64,000 nucleotides of DNA from an uncultured Spirochaetota bacterium (lineage in GTDB: Bacteria > Spirochaetota > Spirochaetia > SZUA-6 > Fen-1364). How positions within the stretch are numbered: the stretch's first letter is position 1; every line of letters begins with the position of its first letter. Positions 28,584 through 37,336 of this stretch are shown piece by piece. Under the pieces are notes generated by a model, which did not search any database, was not told the origin of the DNA, and saw nothing but the letters and a program-made list of their open reading frames with translations. The position numbers were made by a program, and so were the translations under genes. The stretch is taken from contig CAVTHO010000008.1 in assembly GCA_963734545.1 (NCBI GenBank), positions 416,001-480,000 of the forward strand, given 5' to 3'.

Positions 28584-29542
28584 AGCGCCGGAATGCGGAG
28601 GGCCCGGCGGAAGCGCTCGTGGAGCTGCTGACCGTCGATCTCCCGAGGGTCCCGGATGATGCCCCCCGCCATGTCCGCGTGGCCGCCGCCGAAGCCGACG
28701 CCCTGGAGGGCCTCCTGCACCACCCGGGACGCGTTCCAGGCATCCCGCTCGCTCCGCACCGACACGTTGATCACGCCGTCATTGCGCGCGCAGAGCACGA
28801 CGAACTCGGCCTCTTCCAGCGTGATGAAGAAATCACCGAGGATGCCGAGAAGATTCTGGTTGCAGCCCTCGGGAAACCAGCAGAAAGCGACGTGGTCGTG
28901 GACCTGCACGTTGGCCAGCGCGTGGCGGTAGAACTCGAGGTCCCGCGTCTGTATGGAGTTGCGGAGGATCGAGTTTTCCAGCCGCACGTCCGCGCGCGTG
29001 TACAGGTCCGCATATGCCTGGATGTCCTCGTTGCTCACCTGCCGGGTGAGAAGGGCGGTGTCCATGTTGATGCCGATCATGAGCGCCGTGGCGACCTCTC
29101 GCGGAATCTCCGCCAGGGTCTCCCGGAAGTAGCCGTAGATCACGGTCGCGCAGGCGCCCACATCGGGGCGGATATCGACGAACGGCACATTGTCCGGCGT
29201 CTTCACGTCGTGATGGTCGATTACGGCGACCTCGTCCCCCGGCAGGTCCGTGACGTTCTTGCTCCCCTTGCACCCGTCCACGATCACGACGGGGTCGTGC
29301 GGGCCTATTGTAACGCCCGCGGCCGGCCCGACATCGATTCCGAGGTCACGGATCATCCGGCGCAGTGAATCCCTCTGCAGGTTTCCCCCATACACGATAC
29401 GGGAAGGTACTCCGGCATTCTTCAACAGCACCTGCAGCCCGAAAGCCGTTGCGACCGCATCGCAGTCGGGAAAGTCGTGCGTCTGCACGTAGACCGGCCG
29501 CCGCGCCCCGATCACATTCAGCAACTCCGCCATTTTTCCCAT
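28574..29542 (-). CDS. DHH/DHHA1 family phosphoesterase
   Basis: HDFPDCDA, IVDG, VIDHH, MDT, SVRS, GGGHADMAGG. Confidence 0.9.
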   Translation of the reverse strand: MGKMAELLNVIGARRPVYVQTHDFPDCDAVATAFGLQVLLKNAGVPSRIVYGGNLQRDSLRRMIRDLGIDVGPAAGVTIGPHDPVVIVDGCKGSKNVTDLPGDEVAVIDHHDVKTPDNVPFVDIRPDVGACATVIYGYFRETLAEIPREVATALMIGINMDTALLTRQVSNEDIQAYADLYTRADVRLENSILRNSIQTRDLEFYRHALANVQVHDHVAFCWFPEGCNQNLLGILGDFFITLEEAEFVVLCARNDGVINVSVRSERDAWNASRVVQEALQGVGFGGGHADMAGGIIRDPREIDGQQLHERFRRALRIPALQE

Positions 29543-29572
29543 CCCGTTCAGGATATCGTGCCTGACTCTTGT

Positions 29573-29601
29573 TTGACAGCCCCCTGCCGCGCGCCTACAA
29601 T
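29573..29601 (+). promoter_or_regulatory. Putative sigma70 promoter of the cNMP-binding gene
   Basis: TTGACA (29573-29578), 17-nt spacer, TACAAT (29596-29601). Confidence 0.65.
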
Positions 29602-29619
29602 TCATTCGTGGGGGCTTGA

Positions 29620-30903
29620 ATGGCCGAAGCCGGCAAGAAGAAGTACGGGAAAGGCGCTCTCATCTACATCGAATCGGATGAGGAGAGCGGCGATGTGTGC
29701 GTGGTGGAAACAGGTGAAGTGGAGTTGACCGGAACCCCCGGCATACCGCGCTTCCGTTCCCTCCTGGGGCCCGGGGATATCTTCGGCTTCACCTCCTGTC
29801 TCTGCCGCCGTCCCCGCATGGAAACCGCGATTGCGCGCACGGACTGCACGTGCGCCGTGCTCGAGCGCGAACGATTCATCGAATCCGTCCAGGCCAATCC
29901 CGACGTGGCGGGCCGCATCATCTCCTACTTCGCCCAGGAGCTGCGCGCGTTCGACGAAATGGTTGTCTCCCCATCCGAGGAGGCGAGCGTGTCCGACGAC
30001 GAGACGCGCCTGTATGAGCTTGCCGAGCATTTTCAGAAGAAGGGCCGGGCGGCGCATGCGCACCATGCGCTGGACGTCTACCAGCGCCGGTTTGCGGCCG
30101 GGTCGCGCGGCGCCGAGGCTGCCGCTCGTCTTGCCGCGCTTGCCGGCAAGGGAAGCGTCCTTCCCGCGCCTGTCACGCGCGGCCTGTGCCGGGTGTTCGC
30201 CGACCGGCAGATGATTTTCTGCGAGTATGAGCCGGGAAACGAGCTGTACATCATCAAGTCGGGAAAGGTGGAGATACTGAAGATCAATCCGCCAGAAGAG
30301 ATACTTCTGTCGATCCTGCGGGAAGGAGATATTTTCGGGGAGCTCTCCATCGTCTCCAGCGCCCCCCGCAGCGCCACCGCGGTGAGCGCGGGAGAGACGA
30401 CGCTTCTCCCGGTCTCGCGCGAATCCCTGCCGTCGGTCTTCGGGAAGTCCCCGGCGACGGTCGGGCGCATTCTCGCCGCCCTCAGCCAGCGGCTGTGGTT
30501 CACGTTCATCCGCCTGCGCGCGAAGGTCTACGAGAACCCCCTCACCCGGGCATACGTGCTGCTGGAAAACAAGCTCCTCGAAGACCGGGTATCCCTTACC
30601 AGCACCAAGCCGTGCACGCTGCCCCTGGGCATCGCGGATATCCTCGGCATGGCAGGCGTGCCCTCGGATCAGATGGACAGCGTGAAGGGCCTGCTCTCGG
30701 ACGATCGAAACCTTGCGTTCCAGTTCCGGCAGCTCACCATCGAGAACCCCAGCGCCCTCCAGGCACGGGCACGGTACTTCCGCACGCGCGACCATCTGGA
30801 CAGTCCCGAGCTGAAAGCGGCAGTCACTCCGAGGAGGCGCCCCGGCAGGATCGGCCTGGACGTGAGCGAGCTGCGCGTCCCGCCTGAAAAGATTCCGGGA
30901 TAG
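29620..30903 (+). CDS. Tandem cyclic-nucleotide-binding domain protein (Crp/Fnr-like)
   Basis: Domain 1: VVETGEV...GPGDIFG...PRMETA. Domain 2: LYIIKSGKVEI...EGDIFGE...PRSATA. Helical TPR-like linker between them. Confidence 0.85.
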   Translation: MAEAGKKKYGKGALIYIESDEESGDVCVVETGEVELTGTPGIPRFRSLLGPGDIFGFTSCLCRRPRMETAIARTDCTCAVLERERFIESVQANPDVAGRIISYFAQELRAFDEMVVSPSEEASVSDDETRLYELAEHFQKKGRAAHAHHALDVYQRRFAAGSRGAEAAARLAALAGKGSVLPAPVTRGLCRVFADRQMIFCEYEPGNELYIIKSGKVEILKINPPEEILLSILREGDIFGELSIVSSAPRSATAVSAGETTLLPVSRESLPSVFGKSPATVGRILAALSQRLWFTFIRLRAKVYENPLTRAYVLLENKLLEDRVSLTSTKPCTLPLGIADILGMAGVPSDQMDSVKGLLSDDRNLAFQFRQLTIENPSALQARARYFRTRDHLDSPELKAAVTPRRRPGRIGLDVSELRVPPEKIPG

Positions 30904-30918
30904 CCCGGTCCCTCGGGG

Positions 30919-32943
30919 CTACTCCTTCAATACGAGGACGCCCTTGGCAAGGAGCTCCACGCTCCCGCCGACTCTTCCCCCGGCCAGCAGGTCGGTCAGG
31001 TGCCGGGCGCCGAAATCGATCCTCACCGCCGTGTCGTTGTGATTGAGCACGAACAGGAACGATTGCCCGGCCTTGGTTCTTCGCGTGGCTTCCACGCCCG
31101 CGGGCGCACGCATGACGGACGCGACGTTTTTCTCCGCGGCCAGGAGCGCCGCCAGACGGGAGAGGAATTTTTTCTCGGGCGAGGTGGCCAGGTACCATGC
31201 GTGGCCCTTCCCGGCCGGGTTTCTCGTCAGGCACGGCATTCCCTTGTAGAAGTCAGCGCCGTATTCCGCCAGTACTTCGGCGCCTTCCGCATGGAGCAGG
31301 TCGCAGAGCAGGCCGCACTCGAATGAACCGGCCAGATTGCCGATGCCTTTCTTCATGACGATCGAGTTCTTCTGGTCCGGCAGCAGGGCGTCAATCTCCT
31401 CCACCCAGATCCCCAGCAGCTTCCGAAGCTCCCCCGGGTAGCCGCCCAGGGTCACGAGATCATTCTGGTTCACGATCCCGCTGAAGAAGGTCGTGAGCAG
31501 CGTGCCTCCCCGCTCCACGAACTCGGACAGCCGGCGGGCGACCCCCGGCTTGAGCATGTAGAGCACCGGCGCCACCACCACCTCGTACCCGGCAAGGTCC
31601 TGCTCCTCACCGACCATGTCCACGGGATAGTTCTGCGACCAGAACGCCTCGTGCCACGCGCCGACCTGCGCCACGTACTTCAGGGCGACGCTGGGGCCCG
31701 AGCTCATCTCCACGGCCCACCAGTTCTCCCAATCGAAGAGCACGGCGATCTTCGACTCCACCCGGGAATCCACCAGCACGTCCCCGAGGCCGGCAAGCTC
31801 GCGGCCGAGCGCCGCCACTTCACGGAACACGCGGGTGTTCTCGTGACCCGCGTGCGCAATGACCGCGCCGTGGTACTTCTCGCACGCCCCGCGGGACCGG
31901 CGGAGCTGGAAGAACTGCACCGTGTCGGCGCCCCGCGCAACCGCCTGCCAGCTCTGCAGCCGCATGACGCCCGGCCGCTTCAGGCTGTTGTACGGCTGCC
32001 AGTTCTGCTGGCTGGGCGTCTGCTCCATGAGCATGAAGGGCTGCCCGGCTCTCAGCCCCCGCATGAGGTCGTGCCGCATGGCGATGTCGCTGACGGGCGT
32101 GTCCAGGCTGGGGTAGCTGTCCCAGGAGACGACGTCCATTTCACGCGCCCAGCGGAAGTAGTCCAGCGCCTTGAAGGTGCCCATCAGGTTCGTCGTCACC
32201 GGGACATCCGGCGTGATCGACTTGAGGGCGTCGCGCTCGGCCTTGAAGCATTCCAGAAGGCTCTCGGAGTTGAACCGGTAGTAGTCGAGCGTGATCCCCT
32301 GGAAAACGGTGCGGGTGGCGTCCAGATGCTCGCTCAGGAGGCTGGGGAGCACGATCTGGTCCCAGTCGGCAAGCGTGTGCCCCCAGAAGCTCGTGTTCCA
32401 GGCTTCATTCAGGCTGTCCAGAGAGCGGTAGCGCTGTTTCAGCCAGCCGCGGAATGCCCGCTCGCAGTTCTCGCAGTAGCAGCTTCCCCCGTATTCGTTG
32501 TTGACGTGCCATGCGACGAGGGCCGGGTGCTTCCCGTAGCGCTCCGCCATCCGCCGGGCGAGCGCCGGCGCCAGGCGGCGGAAGGTGGGGCTGTTCGGGC
32601 AGAAGTTGTGCCTCCCGCCGAACTTCCGCCTGTGGCCTTCGATCGTCGTCCGCAGCACGTCCGGATAGCGGGTGGCCATCCAGGCCGGCACGGCAGCGGT
32701 GGAGGTGGCGACGCACGCGGAGATCCCGTTCGCGGACAGGAGGTCCATGACCCTGTCCAGCCAGGAGAAATCGTACGTCGACTCGTCCGGTTGGAGCCGG
32801 GCCCACGCGAAGACGGGCAGGGTGGCCACGTCGATGCCGGCCAGCTTGAGAAGCCTCATGTCCTCCTGCCAGGTTTCCTCGGGCCATTGGTCGGGATTGT
32901 AGTCCCCGCCGAACCAGATCTTGGGCAGCTTCGTGTTGATCAT
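30919..32943 (-). CDS. Beta-galactosidase, GH42
   Basis: FGGDYNPDQWP, FAWARLQP, WHVNNEYG, CYCENC, FMLMEQTP, EKYHGAV. Confidence 0.95.
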   Translation of the reverse strand: MINTKLPKIWFGGDYNPDQWPEETWQEDMRLLKLAGIDVATLPVFAWARLQPDESTYDFSWLDRVMDLLSANGISACVATSTAAVPAWMATRYPDVLRTTIEGHRRKFGGRHNFCPNSPTFRRLAPALARRMAERYGKHPALVAWHVNNEYGGSCYCENCERAFRGWLKQRYRSLDSLNEAWNTSFWGHTLADWDQIVLPSLLSEHLDATRTVFQGITLDYYRFNSESLLECFKAERDALKSITPDVPVTTNLMGTFKALDYFRWAREMDVVSWDSYPSLDTPVSDIAMRHDLMRGLRAGQPFMLMEQTPSQQNWQPYNSLKRPGVMRLQSWQAVARGADTVQFFQLRRSRGACEKYHGAVIAHAGHENTRVFREVAALGRELAGLGDVLVDSRVESKIAVLFDWENWWAVEMSSGPSVALKYVAQVGAWHEAFWSQNYPVDMVGEEQDLAGYEVVVAPVLYMLKPGVARRLSEFVERGGTLLTTFFSGIVNQNDLVTLGGYPGELRKLLGIWVEEIDALLPDQKNSIVMKKGIGNLAGSFECGLLCDLLHAEGAEVLAEYGADFYKGMPCLTRNPAGKGHAWYLATSPEKKFLSRLAALLAAEKNVASVMRAPAGVEATRRTKAGQSFLFVLNHNDTAVRIDFGARHLTDLLAGGRVGGSVELLAKGVLVLKE

Positions 32944-33020
32944 GAGCGCTCCTTCCGCCGCGAGTATACCCGAAGGCCCCGCGCTTGACTCGCCTCCTGT
33001 CGAGGAGTAGAGATAACTCC

Positions 33021-35636
33021 ATGAGAAGGCCAGCTCAGCCGGTCGCAGCCGCCGACCAGGAAGGGACCCTCATGAAGGCGTGCGCGCTTTCTCCCGAGGA
33101 TTGCCTCGCCCTGCTGGCCACGCGTGAAAAGGGCTTGTCGGAGGAAGAGGCCGAGGAGAAGCGGAGGCAGTTCGGCGCCAACGAGGTGATCACCAGGCAG
33201 GGCGGCGCGCTGCTGCGTACCTACCACAGATTCGCGAATCCCCTGGTCATCCAGCTCCTCATAATCGCCGGGGTATCCTTCTTCATGGGGGACCTCCGCT
33301 CCACCATCGTCGTCGGAGGCATGGTCCTCATCAGTGTCGGGCTCTCCTCCCTCCAGGAGGAGAGATCAGGGCGGGCGGTAGAGAAGCTCCAGGCAATGGT
33401 CCGCACAACGGTGAATGTTCTGCGGGGGGGCAGGGACACGGAGATCCCGCTTGCAGAGGTCGTGCCGGGGGATGTCGTCCTGCTCGACGCAGGTTCGCTC
33501 GTGCCCGCTGACCTCCGACTGATTTCGACGAAGGATTTCTTCGTCAGCCAGAGCGCCCTGACGGGAGAGTCGATGCCGGTGGAGAAGAGCGCCGCCGCCG
33601 TACAGGGCAACGGCAGATCGGCACTCGAGCTCCCCAACGCATGCTTCCAGGGCAGCAACGTGCTCTCGGGAAGTGCACGGGGCGTCGTGATCAACACGGG
33701 AGCGCGTACGTACTTCGGCGCCATCACCCGCAGGCTTGCCGGCCAGCGCTCAAAGACGAGCTTTGACAAGGGGATCGCGGGATTCACCTGGCTCATGATC
33801 CGCTTCATGGTCGTGATGGTGGCCGTGGTGTTCCTCATCATCGGCATCACGAAGCACAACTGGATGGATGCACTGCTGTTCGGGCTTGCGGTTGCTGTTG
33901 GTCTCACCCCTGAAATGCTTCCCATGATCGTCACGGTGAACCTGGCCAAGGGCGCCCTGGCGATGTCGAAGAAAAAGGTCATCGTCAAAAAGCTGAACTC
34001 CATCCAGAATTTCGGGGCCATCGACATCCTGTGCACCGACAAGACGGGCACTCTGACCCAGGACCGGGTCATTCTTGAAAAGTACGTGGATGTCTCCGGC
34101 AAGCAGAGCGACGAAGTCCTCCGCTATTCCTATATGAACAGCTTCTATCAGACGGGACTGCGCAACCTCCTGGACAGGGCCGTGCTCGCCCATGGCGAGT
34201 TCGAGGTGGAGCGCCGGTGCCGGAAGGTGGACGAAATCCCGTTCGATTTCACGCGCAAGCGCATGTCGGTGGTCGTGGAGTACGAGGGCGCCCACGTGCT
34301 GATCTGCAAGGGCGCGGTGGAGGATGTGTTCAAGGCCTGCGCTTCCTACCAGGTGGAGGACGACGTCCTCCCCATGATCGAGATGATCCGCCAGGACGTG
34401 CTGGAGGACTACGAGGCGCTGAGCGCGGACGGCTACCGGGTGCTCGCCATTGCCTACCGCGAGTTCCCGCGCGACAAGACAGTTTTTGCCGCCGCGGATG
34501 AGAGCGACATGATCCTCCTGGGTTACATTGCCTTCTTCGATCCTCCCAAGGAAACCACGGCGCAGTCCCTGAAGGCCCTGAAAGAAGCCGGGGTCGCTGT
34601 GAAGATCCTCACCGGCGATAATGATCTGGTCACGCGCAAGGTCTGCAAGGACGTGGGCATCGACGTGGCGCACCTTGTGACCGGGCCCCAACTCCAGGGG
34701 CTCACGCCGGAACAGCTGGTCGAGACAGCCGAGAAGGCCACTGTGCTCGCGCGCCTGTCTCCCACTCAGAAGGAACAGGTGATCGAGGCCCTGCAGAGCA
34801 AGGGACACGTCGTCGGGTTCATGGGTGACGGCATCAATGACGCCCCCGCCCTCAAAAAGGCGGACGTCGGCATCTCGGTGGACACGGCGGTGGACGTGGC
34901 CAAGGAGTCCGCCGACATCGTGCTGCTGGAGAAGAGCCTGCTGGTCCTGGATGACGGCATCATTGAGGGAAGAAAGGTCTTCGGAAACATCATCAAATAC
35001 ATCCGCATGGGGGCAAGCTCCAATTTCGGCAACATGTTCAGCGTCGTGGGGGGCAGCTTCTTCCTCCCCTTCCTCCCCATGCTCCCCATCCAGGTCCTCA
35101 CGAACAACATGCTCTACGATGTGTCCCAGATCGGGATTCCGTCCGACACGGTGGACCCGGAGTTCACCACCGTGCCGAGGAAATGGAACATCGGCAACAT
35201 CAGGCGGTTCATGTACTTCATCGGCCCCATGAGCTCCATTTTCGACTACGCCACCTTCTTCCTTATGCTCTACTTCTTCGGGTGCATCGGCTTTACAGCG
35301 GCCGGCACGAGCCCGGCCATGAAGGCGCACTACGAGGCGCTCTTCCACACGGGATGGTTCGTGGAATCCATTCTCACACAGACCCTCATCGTGCACGTCA
35401 TCCGCACCCGAAAGATCCCTTTCATCCAGAGCCGCGCCAGCCCCGTCATGCTCTTCTTCACCCTGCTGGTCATGGCCATCGGCGCCGCGCTCCCGTACAG
35501 CCCGCTGGCGGGTTTTCTGGGTCTCGTCCCCCTGCCGGCAATCTTCTGGGCGTGGATCGCCGGGTTCCTCGTGATCTACTGCGGCCTCACTCACGTGGTG
35601 AAAACCTGGTTCTTCCGGAAATTTGGAGTGGATTGA
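33021..35636 (+). CDS. mgtA: Magnesium-translocating P-type ATPase
   Basis: LTGES, VGLTPEMLP, DKTGTLT, TGDN, GDGINDAP, SSNFGNMFS, FHTGWFVES..TQTL.VH.IRT. Start is 33021 or 33072. Confidence 0.93.
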   Translation: MRRPAQPVAAADQEGTLMKACALSPEDCLALLATREKGLSEEEAEEKRRQFGANEVITRQGGALLRTYHRFANPLVIQLLIIAGVSFFMGDLRSTIVVGGMVLISVGLSSLQEERSGRAVEKLQAMVRTTVNVLRGGRDTEIPLAEVVPGDVVLLDAGSLVPADLRLISTKDFFVSQSALTGESMPVEKSAAAVQGNGRSALELPNACFQGSNVLSGSARGVVINTGARTYFGAITRRLAGQRSKTSFDKGIAGFTWLMIRFMVVMVAVVFLIIGITKHNWMDALLFGLAVAVGLTPEMLPMIVTVNLAKGALAMSKKKVIVKKLNSIQNFGAIDILCTDKTGTLTQDRVILEKYVDVSGKQSDEVLRYSYMNSFYQTGLRNLLDRAVLAHGEFEVERRCRKVDEIPFDFTRKRMSVVVEYEGAHVLICKGAVEDVFKACASYQVEDDVLPMIEMIRQDVLEDYEALSADGYRVLAIAYREFPRDKTVFAAADESDMILLGYIAFFDPPKETTAQSLKALKEAGVAVKILTGDNDLVTRKVCKDVGIDVAHLVTGPQLQGLTPEQLVETAEKATVLARLSPTQKEQVIEALQSKGHVVGFMGDGINDAPALKKADVGISVDTAVDVAKESADIVLLEKSLLVLDDGIIEGRKVFGNIIKYIRMGASSNFGNMFSVVGGSFFLPFLPMLPIQVLTNNMLYDVSQIGIPSDTVDPEFTTVPRKWNIGNIRRFMYFIGPMSSIFDYATFFLMLYFFGCIGFTAAGTSPAMKAHYEALFHTGWFVESILTQTLIVHVIRTRKIPFIQSRASPVMLFFTLLVMAIGAALPYSPLAGFLGLVPLPAIFWAWIAGFLVIYCGLTHVVKTWFFRKFGVD

Positions 35637-35655
35637 AATGTCACCAGGAGTGACC
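35636..35655 (+). repeat. Single copy of the 20-nt element AAATGTCACCAGGAGTGACC (SD-containing hairpin)
   Basis: Exact reverse-complement match to 28524-28543 and 28548-28567; lies between the mgtA stop and ATG 35658. Confidence 0.9.
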
Positions 35656-35657
35656 AC

Positions 35658-36464
35658 ATGAAAAGCCTCCTCGATGCGCTTCAGGAAGGGCGGCTTATCG
35701 AGCTTCCCGAGATCGACAAGGGAAAAATCCTGAACCTGCTGGCCACCCTGATCGAGGCCATCCCGGACTTCCGCGGCGGAGTCGATTTCGCGGGCGCTGT
35801 TGCGGTCCGGGAGAATGCCGCAAATACCGCTATCGGCCTCGGATGGGCATGTCCCCACGGCCGCGTCTCCGGTGAAGGAGATCTTTTCTGCGCCATCGGC
35901 TGGAGCCCCACGGGCATCGACTACGGCGCCCCGGATGGCAAGCCCGTGCGCATCGTGGTCATGCATTACATCCCGGATTCGCAGAAGAACGTGTACTTGA
36001 GGGAGATCTCCGGGCTCGCCAAGGCCATCAAGGCCAATCCTGCGCTGGGCGAGATGTCCAGCCTGAAAGACCTCGGCGAAGCGAGGCACCGTCTCATCGA
36101 TCTTCTGACTGCCGCCGTCGACAGCGCCCTCCCGGACGTGAAAGCGCGCATGATTCAGCTCGAGGCCAAGCAGGCCGTGTCCGCTCTTGCCCAGACCCTG
36201 CCGGCGGATGTTCTGGCGTCGCTCAACCTGATACCCCTCACCATCGTGGTGGTGCCGGGAGCAAAGCCCCTCGTGCTTGCGCAGGACAAGGAAATCGTGC
36301 TGCAGATAGAGACCACGCCTGAAATGGCGGCGCCGCTCGCCGCCCGCATCCCATTCGACAAGGCAGGATATCGCATCATCACGAGATCTGTTTCATCCTA
36401 CTTGCCGGATCGGCTGCTGTATGAATGCATCGCGGTGAAGCTGGCGGGAAGCCAGGGCAAATAG
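35658..36464 (+). CDS. PTS EIIA (Fru/Ntr-type) domain protein with C-terminal extension
   Basis: RE....TAIG.GWACPHGR (phospho-His), GIDYGAPDGKPV. Confidence 0.82.
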   Translation: MKSLLDALQEGRLIELPEIDKGKILNLLATLIEAIPDFRGGVDFAGAVAVRENAANTAIGLGWACPHGRVSGEGDLFCAIGWSPTGIDYGAPDGKPVRIVVMHYIPDSQKNVYLREISGLAKAIKANPALGEMSSLKDLGEARHRLIDLLTAAVDSALPDVKARMIQLEAKQAVSALAQTLPADVLASLNLIPLTIVVVPGAKPLVLAQDKEIVLQIETTPEMAAPLAARIPFDKAGYRIITRSVSSYLPDRLLYECIAVKLAGSQGK

Positions 36465-36476
36465 AGGAGGACGGCA

Positions 36477-37220
36477 ATGTCGGCACGCATGAGCTATCAG
36501 GGCCTCGTGGAGAAGGTGTTTTTCAAGGGCCGGAGCTCCCGCGCGAGCGAAGCCTTTGCCTATATCGCCGCGAATCTCTTTCTGCTCCTGATCGTGTTCT
36601 ACATCTTCCTGAACACGATCGTGTACGACTGGACGGGCGCCCTGTACACGCGGGGGTTTCATCTCAACACGGCCCTGGACAACCTGATCCCCTTTGCGCC
36701 GGAATGGGCCATCTTCTACCTGTACCTTTTCTACCCGCTCTCCGCCGTCACCATGGCCTGGTTCGCCCTCATCGAATACAAGAAGGGAATCGCCCTTGCC
36801 TTCTCCCTCGTGCTCATCAACCTGGCCGCAGACCTCGTCTACATCGTGTTTCCGGTGACCACCGACATCTACCGTGAGGCGCTCCTGGCTCACCCGCTCA
36901 CCGGAAACCCTTTTGCCGCGGCGATGTATGCGCACTACGGGAAGGATCCCTCGTTCAACTGCTTTCCCAGTCTCCACGCCGCCGTGTCGGTGATCTGCTT
37001 CTACGCCTGGTACCGATATGCGCGCGTGAAACCCAACCGGATCACGCGCGCCATCGCCATCGGGATGCTGGTCGTGGCGATCGGCGTCGTGCTCTCCACG
37101 CTCTTCGTCAAGCAGCACTACATTGCCGACGAGATTGCGGGGATCGTCCTTGCGTGGGCGGTCGGGAAGTGGATGTTCGATCTCTTCTGGAAACCAAAAA
37201 CTCACGCCCCGCAGGGGTAG
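36477..37220 (+). CDS. PAP2-family membrane phosphatase/phosphotransferase
   Basis: NCFPSLHAA and STLFVKQHYIAD motifs; about 6 TM segments. Confidence 0.85.
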   Translation: MSARMSYQGLVEKVFFKGRSSRASEAFAYIAANLFLLLIVFYIFLNTIVYDWTGALYTRGFHLNTALDNLIPFAPEWAIFYLYLFYPLSAVTMAWFALIEYKKGIALAFSLVLINLAADLVYIVFPVTTDIYREALLAHPLTGNPFAAAMYAHYGKDPSFNCFPSLHAAVSVICFYAWYRYARVKPNRITRAIAIGMLVVAIGVVLSTLFVKQHYIADEIAGIVLAWAVGKWMFDLFWKPKTHAPQG

Positions 37221-37225
37221 TCCCG

Positions 37226-37279
37226 CTGTTATAACAGTTCGTTAATAAATCTTCATCAAACATTAATGCCTCATTAATG
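37226..37279. promoter_or_regulatory. AT-rich palindromic sites upstream of the sigma factor gene
   Basis: Perfect 12-bp palindrome CTGTTATAACAG at 37226-37237; CATTAATG twice, at 37261-37268 and 37272-37279. Confidence 0.45.
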
Positions 37280-37336
37280 GAGCGCGGCTGCATCTGGGAG
37301 TAGATTCATCGCGTATACAGAGCAAGTGAGGTGAGC

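Noticed and set aside
33750-36089. Long antisense and alternate-frame ORFs (e.g. 779 aa here, 841 aa at 14393..16918, 648 aa at 40582..42528)
   Set aside because: Shadow ORFs expected in high-GC DNA; they overlap well-supported genes and show no family motifs.
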